From: an uncultured delta proteobacterium
GTDB lineage: Bacteria > Desulfobacterota > Zymogenia > Zymogenales > Zymogenaceae
NCBI GenBank assembly: GCA_963809875.1
Contig: CAWELC010000012.1
Span: 16,479 to 80,478 of the forward strand
DNA: 64,000 bases
Reading direction: 5' to 3'
In this document: one piece after another, positions 28,137-37,001 of the stretch
How the letters are laid out: each line of letters begins with the position of its first letter
Numbering within the stretch: position 1 is the stretch's first letter
The notes under the pieces: generated by a model
Told to the model about the DNA's origin: nothing
The model's database searches: none
The model's input: the letters and a program-made list of their open reading frames with translations, nothing else
Translations under genes and position numbers: made by a program

Positions 28137-28526
28137 ATGGACGGCGGTAAGACAACCGGGGGAGGTGCAGGGAGTGGAGGGAGGAGCGCCTGCCTGTACG
28201 GGTGTCTGGCCGCGATCGGCATTGTGGTGATCCTGTCGGCGGTGGGCTCCTGGGCCGCCTATCGGGTGGCCGGCGGCGCTCTGAAGGCCGTTGAGCGGTT
28301 TGAAGCCGAAGGAGAGGCCGCGCTGCCTCCCGGCATGAGCAGTCAGGAGGCTACTGTGATCTGGGAGCGGTTCATCGACGGTCTGATGGACGGCTCAATT
28401 CGTCCCGAAACGGGCGCCCGGATACTCTCCCGACTATTTTTCGATGCGAGCGACGGCGTCTTGACCAGGCAGGAGATCGGGAGTATACTTGAACAGATGA
28501 GGCGCGCACGTGGCATGAATCTTTGA
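28137..28526 (+). CDS. Hypothetical membrane-anchored protein
   Basis: Gly-rich N-terminus, single TM (CLAAIGIVVILSAVGSWAAY), soluble C-terminal domain. No recognisable motif. Confidence 0.4.
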   Translation: MDGGKTTGGGAGSGGRSACLYGCLAAIGIVVILSAVGSWAAYRVAGGALKAVERFEAEGEAALPPGMSSQEATVIWERFIDGLMDGSIRPETGARILSRLFFDASDGVLTRQEIGSILEQMRRARGMNL

Positions 28527-28548
28527 GCAGATCGATACCGAGGATGCC

Positions 28549-28938
28549 ATGGAGTATAAGAAACGGGTGCTCATAGTCGATGACAACCACTTTTTTCGGG
28601 AAGTCATGACCAATGAGTTCAATGAGGCGGGCTTTGATGTCTCGACCGCCGAGGACGGCGAAGAGGGGCTGCGGAAGTTCGAGAAGATGCATCCCGACGT
28701 CGTGATCGTGGACAAGATCATGCCAAAGATGGGCGGCACGCGGTTCATGAAAAAGGCCCAGGAGCTTGATTTTTCCAAGGAAGTGCTTTTCGTTACGGTC
28801 AGCTCGATGATATCGGAGCAGCCTCACGAACACCATCACGATGTCCTCGGCTCAAAGGTGCATATCCCCAAGACCACCAGACCCATCGATATCGTGATCC
28901 TCGTTGAACAGCTCCTTGCGAGGAAAGCAGCCAAATAA
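28549..28938 (+). CDS. Stand-alone response regulator receiver (CheY-like)
   Basis: VLIVDDNHFFRE, DVVIVDKIMPKMGG, acceptor Asp present. Confidence 0.8.
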   Translation: MEYKKRVLIVDDNHFFREVMTNEFNEAGFDVSTAEDGEEGLRKFEKMHPDVVIVDKIMPKMGGTRFMKKAQELDFSKEVLFVTVSSMISEQPHEHHHDVLGSKVHIPKTTRPIDIVILVEQLLARKAAK

Positions 28939-28968
28939 TCGAATTCGCAATCTTTCGGTATCATGCGT

Positions 28969-28992
28969 GCCGCCTAAAGAGGGCGGCTTTTT
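28969..28992 (+). terminator. Rho-independent terminator after the CheY-like gene
   Basis: gccgcc-taaagag-ggcggc followed by TTTTT. Confidence 0.6.
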
Positions 28993-29047
28993 GCTTGCGC
29001 GGCGCCGACCGGTGCGCCGGCGCATCGCGTGCACCGGGTCAGGGTCA

Positions 29048-29725
29048 ATGAGTCTATTCGGGATGTTCATAGAGCTTGCCGGCCGCCCCTGTCTGGTCGT
29101 GGGGGGCGGTGCCGTGGGCACCAGAAAGGTGCAGTCGCTGCTGGACGTGGAGGCGCGCGTCACGGTGGTATCTCCCCAGGTAACGGCCGAGCTCGCGCGG
29201 CTCATCGATGAGGGGAAGGTCACTCACGTCCGCGGCCCGTTTGCCCCCGAGCAGTTGGCCGGCATGTTTTTATGCGTCTCGGCCGTGGATGACCGCGCCG
29301 AAAATGAGGCGGTGGCACGGTCGTGCCGAAATCGGGGGGTGCTCGTCAACGTGGTGGACGATCCGGTCCTGTCGGACTTCTTCTTCCCCTCGGTGGTCCG
29401 CCGGGGAGACCTGGTCATCGCCGTCTCGTCGGGCGGCGTCGCTCCGTCCATGGTCAAGCTGATTCGGCGCGAACTCGAGTCGCAGTACGGCCCCCAATAC
29501 GAACAAGTCCTCACGATTCTGGGGCGGCTCCGGGAAAGACTCCGGGGCGCCGGGGTTACGGGGGATCGGCTCTCGGCCGTCATGGAGCGGGCGGCGGCCC
29601 TTCCCCTGGCCGAAATGATCTCGGGTGGGCAGACCGGCCGGATCGTGGGAATGGTGCGCGAGGTCCTGGCCGAGGGAGGCGCGACCCCGGCGATTGACCT
29701 CGATGACCTTATTGAAAAGAAGTGA
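29048..29725 (+). CDS. Precorrin-2 dehydrogenase / sirohydrochlorin ferrochelatase (siroheme synthase N-terminal domain family)
   Basis: LFGMFIELAGRPCLVVGGGAVGTRKVQSLL..ARVTVVSP. The upstream part of ORF 28904 is non-homologous and contains the preceding terminator. Confidence 0.8.
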   Translation: MSLFGMFIELAGRPCLVVGGGAVGTRKVQSLLDVEARVTVVSPQVTAELARLIDEGKVTHVRGPFAPEQLAGMFLCVSAVDDRAENEAVARSCRNRGVLVNVVDDPVLSDFFFPSVVRRGDLVIAVSSGGVAPSMVKLIRRELESQYGPQYEQVLTILGRLRERLRGAGVTGDRLSAVMERAAALPLAEMISGGQTGRIVGMVREVLAEGGATPAIDLDDLIEKK

Positions 29726-29732
29726 AGCGGCG

Positions 29733-31040
29733 ATGAAGCGAAACGTGACGATATTTCTGGTCGGGATGAGCCATAAATCGGCGCCCGTGGACGTCCGTGA
29801 GAAGATGGGCATCGGCCAGGAATCGATCGAGCATTTCTTGCAGGGATTGGCGACTTCTCCCGATATCGACGAGTGCCTGGTCCTTTCCACCTGTAACCGG
29901 GTGGAGATGCTGGGGCTCTCACCGGATGTATCGGCGGCGGTAAGGCACGCCATCGAATATCTGGGCGCATTTCACGGCAGGGACCCCTCGGCAATGAAGA
30001 GCTACTTCTACATCAAGGAGGGCCCCGACGCCGTCCGCCACGTCCTCCGGGTCAGCTCGTCGCTGGACTCGATGGTGGTCGGCGAGCCCCAGATACTGGG
30101 CCAGGTCAAGGACTCGTACCGGGCGGCGACCGCCTCGGATACCTCCGGGCCGGTCCTCAACCGGCTTCTGCACCGGGCCTTCTTCACCGCAAAGCGTGTC
30201 AAGAACGAGACGGGCGTCGCGTCCCGCCCGGTTTCCGTGAGCTCCGCCGCGCTCTGGCTCTGCGAAGAGGCGCTGGGGGGTCCGTCGGGAAAGAGCGTCC
30301 TCATGATCGGAGCGGGGGAGATGGGGGAAGAGACCCTCAAGCAGCTCGCCTGCGCCCAGCTGGGTGAGATTCTCATAGCCAACAGGACGCGGGACAAGGC
30401 CGAGGCGCTCTGTGAGCGGTTCGTGGCAAAATATGTCGCCTGGGAACACCTCATGGAGGCCGTCGGGTCGGTCGATATCGTTATCACCTCTACGGGGTCG
30501 GAGCGGCCGATCATCACCACGCCGATGGTCGCGCAGGCGATCGAAGGGCGCAACGGCAGGCCGCTGGCCATCATCGACATCGCCGTTCCGCGGGACGTCG
30601 AAGAGTCGGTGGGAGATATCGCCGGGGTTTCCCTTTACAACATAGACAGCCTCAACACGGTGGTGAAAAGAAACATCACCGAGCGGGAGTCGGAGGCGGC
30701 CCGGTCCGAGCGAATCGTCGAGGAGGAAACGGCCAAGTTCATGGCCTGGTTCGACTCGCTGGACCTGGTGCCGACGATCGTGCTGTTGAGGAGAAAACTC
30801 AAGATGATCGGTGAGGAGGAGGTGAGGAAAACCCTCGCTTCCTGGGAGGGGCTCGGCCAGGGCGAGGCCGAGCGGCTGACGCTCCTGGTGGAAACCGTCA
30901 TCAACAAGATCCTCCACGACCCCACCGTATATCTGAAACGCGATGCCAATGCGGCGGGGAAATCGACCGTGGAGCTGATCCGGGGTCTCTTCGCCCTGGA
31001 CGGGGAGGACGCCGATGATCAGGATCGGCACGAGGAGTAG
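29733..31040 (+). CDS. hemA: Glutamyl-tRNA reductase
   Basis: VGMSHKSAPVDVRE, LSTCNRVE (active-site Cys), IGAGEMGE. The ATG at 29733 lies 8 nt after the upstream stop. Confidence 0.92.
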   Translation: MKRNVTIFLVGMSHKSAPVDVREKMGIGQESIEHFLQGLATSPDIDECLVLSTCNRVEMLGLSPDVSAAVRHAIEYLGAFHGRDPSAMKSYFYIKEGPDAVRHVLRVSSSLDSMVVGEPQILGQVKDSYRAATASDTSGPVLNRLLHRAFFTAKRVKNETGVASRPVSVSSAALWLCEEALGGPSGKSVLMIGAGEMGEETLKQLACAQLGEILIANRTRDKAEALCERFVAKYVAWEHLMEAVGSVDIVITSTGSERPIITTPMVAQAIEGRNGRPLAIIDIAVPRDVEESVGDIAGVSLYNIDSLNTVVKRNITERESEAARSERIVEEETAKFMAWFDSLDLVPTIVLLRRKLKMIGEEEVRKTLASWEGLGQGEAERLTLLVETVINKILHDPTVYLKRDANAAGKSTVELIRGLFALDGEDADDQDRHEE

Positions 31041-31917
31041 CCCCCTCGCGCTCGTCCAGGCCCGGGCCGTAGCCGACATGCTGCGGGCCGCCCGCCCTGA
31101 GTGCGCGTGCGAGATTGTCACCATCACGACGGAGGGCGACCGCACAACGAAGACGGCGCTGTGGGAGATCGGGGGGAAGGGGCTCTTCGTCCAGGAGATC
31201 GAAGCGGCGCTGGCCGCGCGAAGCATCGACCTGGCGGTACACAGCATGAAGGACATGCCCCAGGAGATTCCCGAAGGACTTGCGATCGGCGCCGTGCCGA
31301 AGCGGGAGGACGTCCGGGACGTGCTGGTTGCCCGGACGCCCGTGCCCGACATCGGGACGATCCCGGCGGGAGTCGTGGTCGGGACCTCGAGCCTCAGGCG
31401 CGCCGCGCAAATCCTGAGGGCCAGGCCCGACCTCGCGGTTGCCTCGCTTCGGGGAAACGTCGGCACGAGAATGAAAAAACTGCAGGATAACGAGTACGGT
31501 GCGGTACTCCTGGCGGCGGCGGGGATCGCCCGGCTCGGGATCGAGGCCCGGCACGCCCTTTTCCTTTCGCCGGAGGATTTCGTCCCGGCGGCGGGCCAGG
31601 GAGCGCTGGCGCTCGAGGTGAGACGGGGAGAGGAAGGAGTCGTCGCCCACCTGGATGACGCGGATACCAGCCGCGCGGTCTTTTGCGAGCGCGCCTTCGT
31701 GGAGCGTCTCGGGGCGTCGTGCCGCTCGGCGGTGGGGGCGTGGGCCCGCATGGAGGGGCAGCGCCTCATCCTGACCGGGAGGGTGCTTTCTCCCGGCGGA
31801 GACCGGGTGATCGAAGGGGAGCTGGCGGGGACGCCGGGCGACGGCCGCGAGATGGGCGGCGCGCTCGCTGACGATTTTATAGGACGGGGGGCGCGCGCCC
31901 TCCTTGAGGAAGGATAG
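31015..31917 (+). CDS. hemC: Hydroxymethylbilane synthase (porphobilinogen deaminase)
   Basis: IRIGTRSSPLALVQA, HSMKDMP, GTSSLRR, RGNVGTR. Overlaps the hemA end by 26 nt. Confidence 0.92.
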   Translation: MIRIGTRSSPLALVQARAVADMLRAARPECACEIVTITTEGDRTTKTALWEIGGKGLFVQEIEAALAARSIDLAVHSMKDMPQEIPEGLAIGAVPKREDVRDVLVARTPVPDIGTIPAGVVVGTSSLRRAAQILRARPDLAVASLRGNVGTRMKKLQDNEYGAVLLAAAGIARLGIEARHALFLSPEDFVPAAGQGALALEVRRGEEGVVAHLDDADTSRAVFCERAFVERLGASCRSAVGAWARMEGQRLILTGRVLSPGGDRVIEGELAGTPGDGREMGGALADDFIGRGARALLEEG

Positions 31918-33469
31918 ATGAGCGGCTCGGGCAGGACTAAGATCGGCACGGTCTGGCTGGTTGGGGCGGGGCCGGGAGACCCCGGGCTCGTGACGGTGAA
32001 GGCCGTGCGGGTGATGGCCGAGGCCGACGTGGTAGTCTATGACCACCTGGTGGACGAGGCGGTCCTTTCCCACGCACAGGATGCAGCCCGGATGATCTAC
32101 GCCGGTAAAGAAGGCGGTCGTCACAGCCTTTCTCAGGACGAGATCAACCGGCTTCTCGTCAGGGAGGCCAAGGCGGGCCGAAAGGTCGTGCGTCTAAAAG
32201 GAGGCGATCCGTTCGTCTTCGGGCGGGGCGGAGAGGAGGCACTGGCGCTGATCGGCGCGCAGATCCCCTTTGAGGTCGTCCCCGGGGTGACGTCGGCGAC
32301 GGCGGCCCCGGCATACGCCGGCATCCCCGTTACGCACCGGGGGAGGGCCTCGATGGTCGTCTTTGTGACGGGACATGAGGACCCGACCAAGGAGGACGAG
32401 TCGGTCGACTGGAGATACCTTGCGGGGTTTTCCGGGACGATCGTGGTCCTCATGGGGGTCAAGCGGATCGAGGAAAACGTCGCCGCTCTCGTTGAGCGGC
32501 GGAAAATCGCCCGACACGCCGTGCGCCGTGATCTCCCGGGGGACGACCCCGGCGCAGCGGAGCGTTCGGGCGCCCCTTTCGGGGATCGCCGAGAAAGCTC
32601 GCCGGGGCGGCGTGACGGCCCCGGCGGTCCTGGTGATCGGGGAGGTGGCGGGCCTGATGGAGACCCTCTCGTGGTTCGAGAAGCTTCCCCTCTTCGGCAG
32701 GCGCATCATCGTCACGCGGGCGGACCACCAGGCGGCCGAGCTCGCCGACCGGCTGAGGGCCCTCGGCGCGCTGCCGGTGGGGCTTTCGACCATCCGGATC
32801 GCCCGGCCGGAAGACGAACGGGCGGCCGAGGCCGCGGTGGCGACGGTTTCCGACAACGATATGGCCGTCTTCACCAGCCCCAACGGGGTGGAGTCCTTCT
32901 TCGAGGGGCTCGATCGGCTCGGGCGCGACGCCCGGGCTCTGGGTGGAGTGACCGTGGCGGCCATGGGTCCGGGGACGGCGGCCTCCTTGAGCAGACGCGG
33001 GATCGTCCCCGATATCGTCCCGGACCGGTTTGTGGCCGAGGCCCTGGCCGGGGCGATCATCGCGGCGGGGGCGGACGGCAAGCGTATCCTCCTCTTTCGG
33101 GCCGAGGGGGCCCGGGACGTGCTCCCCCGGCTCTTGACCGAGGCGGGGGCCTCGGTGTCGGACGTCGGGGCCTATCGCTCGGTCGCTCCGGAGACGTCCG
33201 ACGGACAGTTTACCCGTGCGTTCGAGGGGGCGGATCTCGTTTCCTTCACGAGCGGCTCGTCTGCGACAAACCTCAGGGAGATGATCGACCTCAAGAGAAA
33301 AGGGGGGCTCGACCTTCCGGAGTCCTCCATTCCGCCGGCCGCCTCGATCGGACCGGTCACGTCGGCCGCGGCCGCGGGCGCCGGCTTTTCAGTCGAGATA
33401 GAGGCGTCCGAACACACCATCGGGGGACTGGTGAAGGCGCTGGTTTCCCACTATTCGGAAAAGACATGA
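31918..33469 (+). pseudogene. cobA-hemD: Uroporphyrinogen-III C-methyltransferase / uroporphyrinogen-III synthase fusion (cobA-hemD), one +1 frame break as assembled
   Basis: VGAGPGDPGLVTVKA and GGDPFVFGRGGEE in the frame of 31918. From ~32494-32503 the conserved continuation GKSPDTPCAVISRGTTPAQR..VLVIGEV and the HemD domain (RIIVTRA..FTSPNGV..FTSGSSA) are in the +1 frame (ORF 32375..33469). Confidence 0.85.
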
Positions 33470-34647
33470 TCGGTATCTCAAAACTCTATATGGGCGCGGT
33501 CGAGGAATCGGACGTCCTCCGGTACGGGGGCGACTCCAAACGGCTCCCCTCGCACCTTCTGCAATTTTCGGCCGACAAGAAACCGGTGGTGGTCTTCAAC
33601 GCCACCCGGCGGTGCAACCTCAAGTGCATCCACTGCTACAGCGACTCCGAGAACAAAGATTACGCCGGAGAGCTGACCACCGGCGAGGTAAAAACGCTCA
33701 TCGACGACCTGGCGGGATTCGGCGCTCCGGTGATCCTCTTTTCGGGCGGGGAGCCGCTGATGCGGCCCGACCTGGAAGAGCTTATCGCCTACGCCGTGGG
33801 CCGGGGTATGCGGGCGGTCATCTCCACCAACGGGACCCTCATTACCGGGGACCGGGCGGCCCGGCTCAAAGACCTCGGGCTCTCATACGTGGGGGTAAGC
33901 CTGGACGGCCTGGAGGCGACCCACGACTCGTTTCGGAAGGTCGATGGGGCGTTCGCCCGGGCAATCGCGGGGGTGAAACACTGCCTCAAGCAGGGCATCA
34001 AGGTGGGACTGCGCTGCACCATCAACACGCTCAACGCCCACGAGATCGGGCCGATCTTCGACCTGATGGAGACCGAAAGGATCCCCCGGGTCTGTTTCTA
34101 TCACCTGGTCGTCTCGGGCCGGGGCGCCGCGATCCGTCAGATGATGCTCTCCCATGCCCAGACCCGGGCGGCGGTCGACCTGATCATGGACCGGACGAAG
34201 GATCTTGCCGACAGGGGATTTCAGCCGGAAGTCCTGACGGTCGACAACCACGCCGACGGCCCCTACGTGTATCTCCGGCTCTTGCGGGAGGACCCCGGGA
34301 GGGCAGCCGAGGTTCTGAAGCTCCTCAGGCTCAACCAGGGCAACTCGTCGGGCGTGGGGATCTCGTGCGTCAGCTTCGACGGGGAGGTCTACGCCGACCA
34401 GTTTTGGAGGGGCCGCTCCTTCGGCAACGTAAGGCGGCGTCCCTTCTCGGAGATCTGGACCGACCTCTCGAACCCCCTGATGGCCCGGCTCAAGGAAAAA
34501 AAGAAATATGTCACCGGCCGCTGTGCGACCTGTCGGTGGCTTGACGTGTGCGCCGGAAACTTCCGGGCGCGGGCCGAGGCTATGACGGGCGACACCTGGG
34601 CGTCGGACCCCGCCTGTTATCTGACCGACGATGAGATAGCCCCGTAG
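33466..34647 (+). CDS. Radical SAM/SPASM enzyme of the NirJ / AhbC / AhbD (tetrapyrrole-modifying) family
   Basis: The ATG at 33466 overlaps the hemD stop (ATGA). NATRRCNLKCIHCY (CxxxCxxC). C-terminal Cys cluster CATCRWLDVCAGNFRA...DPACY. It is the last 394 codons of the artefactual 909-aa ORF 31918..34647. Confidence 0.8.
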   Translation: MIGISKLYMGAVEESDVLRYGGDSKRLPSHLLQFSADKKPVVVFNATRRCNLKCIHCYSDSENKDYAGELTTGEVKTLIDDLAGFGAPVILFSGGEPLMRPDLEELIAYAVGRGMRAVISTNGTLITGDRAARLKDLGLSYVGVSLDGLEATHDSFRKVDGAFARAIAGVKHCLKQGIKVGLRCTINTLNAHEIGPIFDLMETERIPRVCFYHLVVSGRGAAIRQMMLSHAQTRAAVDLIMDRTKDLADRGFQPEVLTVDNHADGPYVYLRLLREDPGRAAEVLKLLRLNQGNSSGVGISCVSFDGEVYADQFWRGRSFGNVRRRPFSEIWTDLSNPLMARLKEKKKYVTGRCATCRWLDVCAGNFRARAEAMTGDTWASDPACYLTDDEIAP

Positions 34648-34819
34648 AAATCGAGCATGGCTCGAATCCGGCTGGTCGGTCACCCCCTCTGTCGAGCCTC
34701 TATTCAGACGGCCCCTTGTTTTGACAGACGTGTCGGCTCCGATGCCGGGACGGTTTCTCGGCGCCATCGCGGGGGGCGACGATGGGGCATCCCGCAACAA
34801 CCGTGGATGATCGTGTTAT

Positions 34820-36680
34820 ATGAACCGTTATGATGTCATCGTCATCGGGGCGGGGCACGCCGGCATCGAGGCGGCGCTGGCCGCCGCCCGCATGGGGGCC
34901 TCTGCCCTCATGCTGACCGGAAACATCGACACGATCGGCCAGATGTCGTGCAACCCGGCGGTGGGGGGGCTTGCCAAGGGACAGCTGGTCAAGGAGATCG
35001 ACGCCCTGGGGGGCCAGATGGGCCTTGCCACAGACGCGGCGGGTATCCAGTTTCGGACCCTCAACACCACCAAGGGGCCGGCGGTCCGCTCCTCCCGGGC
35101 CCAGGCCGACCGGGCGGGATACCGCACCTACATGAAGGCACTCCTCGAAAACACGCCCGGTCTTTCAGTCCGGCAGACCATGGCCAGGGCGATCCTGGCC
35201 GAGGGAGGGAGAGTCGTGGGGGTGCTGACCGAGTACGGGGAGGAGTTCCCGGGTTCGGCCGTCGTCATCGCCGCGGGGACCTTTCTCAAGGGAATGGTCA
35301 GGATCGGCCGGAGTTCGTTTGGAGCCGGCCGACTGGGCGATCCCCCTTCCGAGTTTCTCTCCGATTCGCTCAGGGAGCTCGGTTTCGTCGTCGAGCGTTT
35401 CTCCACGGCCACGACGCCCCGGCTCGACGGCGCGACGATCGACTACTCGAAGACGACCGATGCAGCCCCTTCAGTGGCCGATCACGCCGTTTTCGTTTCG
35501 CTCGGGACCCATCGACCGGGACCAGCTCCCCTGCCACGTGACCTACACCAACGCCCATACCCATGACGTGATCAGGAAGTGCATCGACAACGACGCGGTC
35601 TCGGAGGGGTGGCTGAACCGGAAAGGACCCCGCTACTGTCCTTCCATCGAGGAAAAGGTGCTGTTCTTCCCCGAAAGAATTCGCCACCAGATCTTCCTGG
35701 AGCCCGAAGGGTTCCATACGACCGAGGTCTATCCGAACGGACTGTTTACAACCCTCGGCATAGAAGAGCAGATGAGGATCCTCTCGGCCATCCCCGGCCT
35801 GGAGGAGACGCGAATGACCCGGCCCGCCTATTCCATAAAATACGACTACGTGCCGCCGACCCAGCTTTTGCCGACGCTGGAGACCAAGCTTGTCTCCGGG
35901 CTCTTTCTCGCGGGCCAGGTCAACGGGACCTCCGGCTACGAGGAGGCGGGCGCCCAGGGGATCGTGGCGGGGATCAACGCGGCCTGCCATGTCATGGGCC
36001 GGCCGCCGCTTATCCTGTCCCGCTCGGACGCCTACATCGGCGTGCTCATAGACGACCTGGTGACCAAGGGCACCAACGAGCCGTACCGGATGTTCACGTC
36101 CCGGGCCGAATATCGCCTGGCCCTGCGGGAGGGAAACGCGATCTTCCGCCTCACGCCGAAGGGCAGGGAGCTCGGGCTGATCGGCGACGACGCCTGGAGC
36201 CTATTCAGCGAGAAGAAGCGGGCGCTGGAACGGGGCCTGGCCCTGATGGAAGAGCCGCTCTACCCGACGAGGGCGACCAACCAGCGCCTGGCGGACCGGG
36301 GCCTTTCGCCCATCATCAATAAGATGACCCACGCCGACCTGCTGCGGCGCCAGGAGGTGACCGGGGCGATCATCACGGGTATCGTGCCGGGGTTGGTGGA
36401 TCTTGCCGACGACATCCTTTCGGAGGTCGAGGTCCAGACCAAGTATGACGGATACCTCCGGCGCCAGGACGAAGAGATCGGCAGATTCAGGAGGCTCGAG
36501 GGGCTGCCGATCCCCGGGGATTTCCGCTACCGGGGGCTCGCGGGCCTCTCGGCGGAGGCCGCCGAAAAACTCGAAGAGACCAGGCCCCTGTCGATAGGCC
36601 AGGCCTCGCGCATCCCCGGCGTGACGCCGGCGGCCGTCTCGATCATCATGATCCATCTCAAGAAGCGCAGGGCGATGTGA
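34820..36680 (+). pseudogene. mnmG: tRNA uridine 5-carboxymethylaminomethyl modification enzyme MnmG (GidA), one +1 frame break as assembled
   Basis: YDVIVIGAGHAGIEAA and NPAVGGLAKG in the first frame. PFSF..LPCHVTYTNAHTHDVIR, GPRYCPSIEEKV and the rest are in the +1 frame. Break at ~35455-35490. Confidence 0.9.
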
Positions 36681-36827
36681 AAGACAGCGCCGATCGGAGG
36701 CGCATTCCCCCTTGCGGGACCTGACCGGCGCCGCGAGACCGATCTCGAGGGCCGTCGATCAACACGGAACGACCGTTCCGTAATCTCTCACAAAGACAGA
36801 ATAATACAGGCAAATGATATTATCCGC

Positions 36828-36857
36828 TTGACGAATCAAGGAAGAGCGCATTAAAAT
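36828..36857 (+). promoter_or_regulatory. Sigma70-like promoter, cassette 1
   Basis: TTGACG, 18-nt spacer, TAAAAT. Confidence 0.5.
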
Positions 36858-37001
36858 GTTCTAAGGTTCTTTTAGTCAGACCCCCAGGATTGGAGCGCCC
36901 TCACTCTCTCTCTCGCCATACGCCCGCCCCCGCAGGAAGTTGACTCCTTGTTCGCCTGGAGGGTGCCGTTTATTATGCACGTCTTTCAAAAGGAGGTTGC
37001 G

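Noticed and set aside
28904-29047. N-terminal extension of the siroheme-synthase-like gene (ORF starts at 28904). Similar upstream extensions occur at ORFs 36948, 29625, 53498, 50756, 22048 and 19986(-).
   Set aside because: The extensions overlap terminators, promoters or neighbouring genes and lack homology. Internal starts with an SD and conserved N-termini fit better.
32494-32503. Programmed +1/-1 ribosomal frameshifting or another recoding event at the frame breaks (cobA-hemD, mnmG, dusB, rpoH and others).
   Set aside because: There are too many sites in unrelated genes. I recognised no shared slippery heptamer or downstream structure, and the breaks fall inside conserved domains. Indel error is the simpler explanation.
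31918-34647. The 909-aa ORF looks like a giant cobA-radical SAM fusion protein.
   Set aside because: Only the first ~190 codons (CobA) and the last 394 codons (radical SAM, own ATG at 33466) are protein-like. The middle is an R/G/P-rich out-of-frame read-through of the cobA C-terminus and hemD, whose real translation is in ORF 32375..33469.
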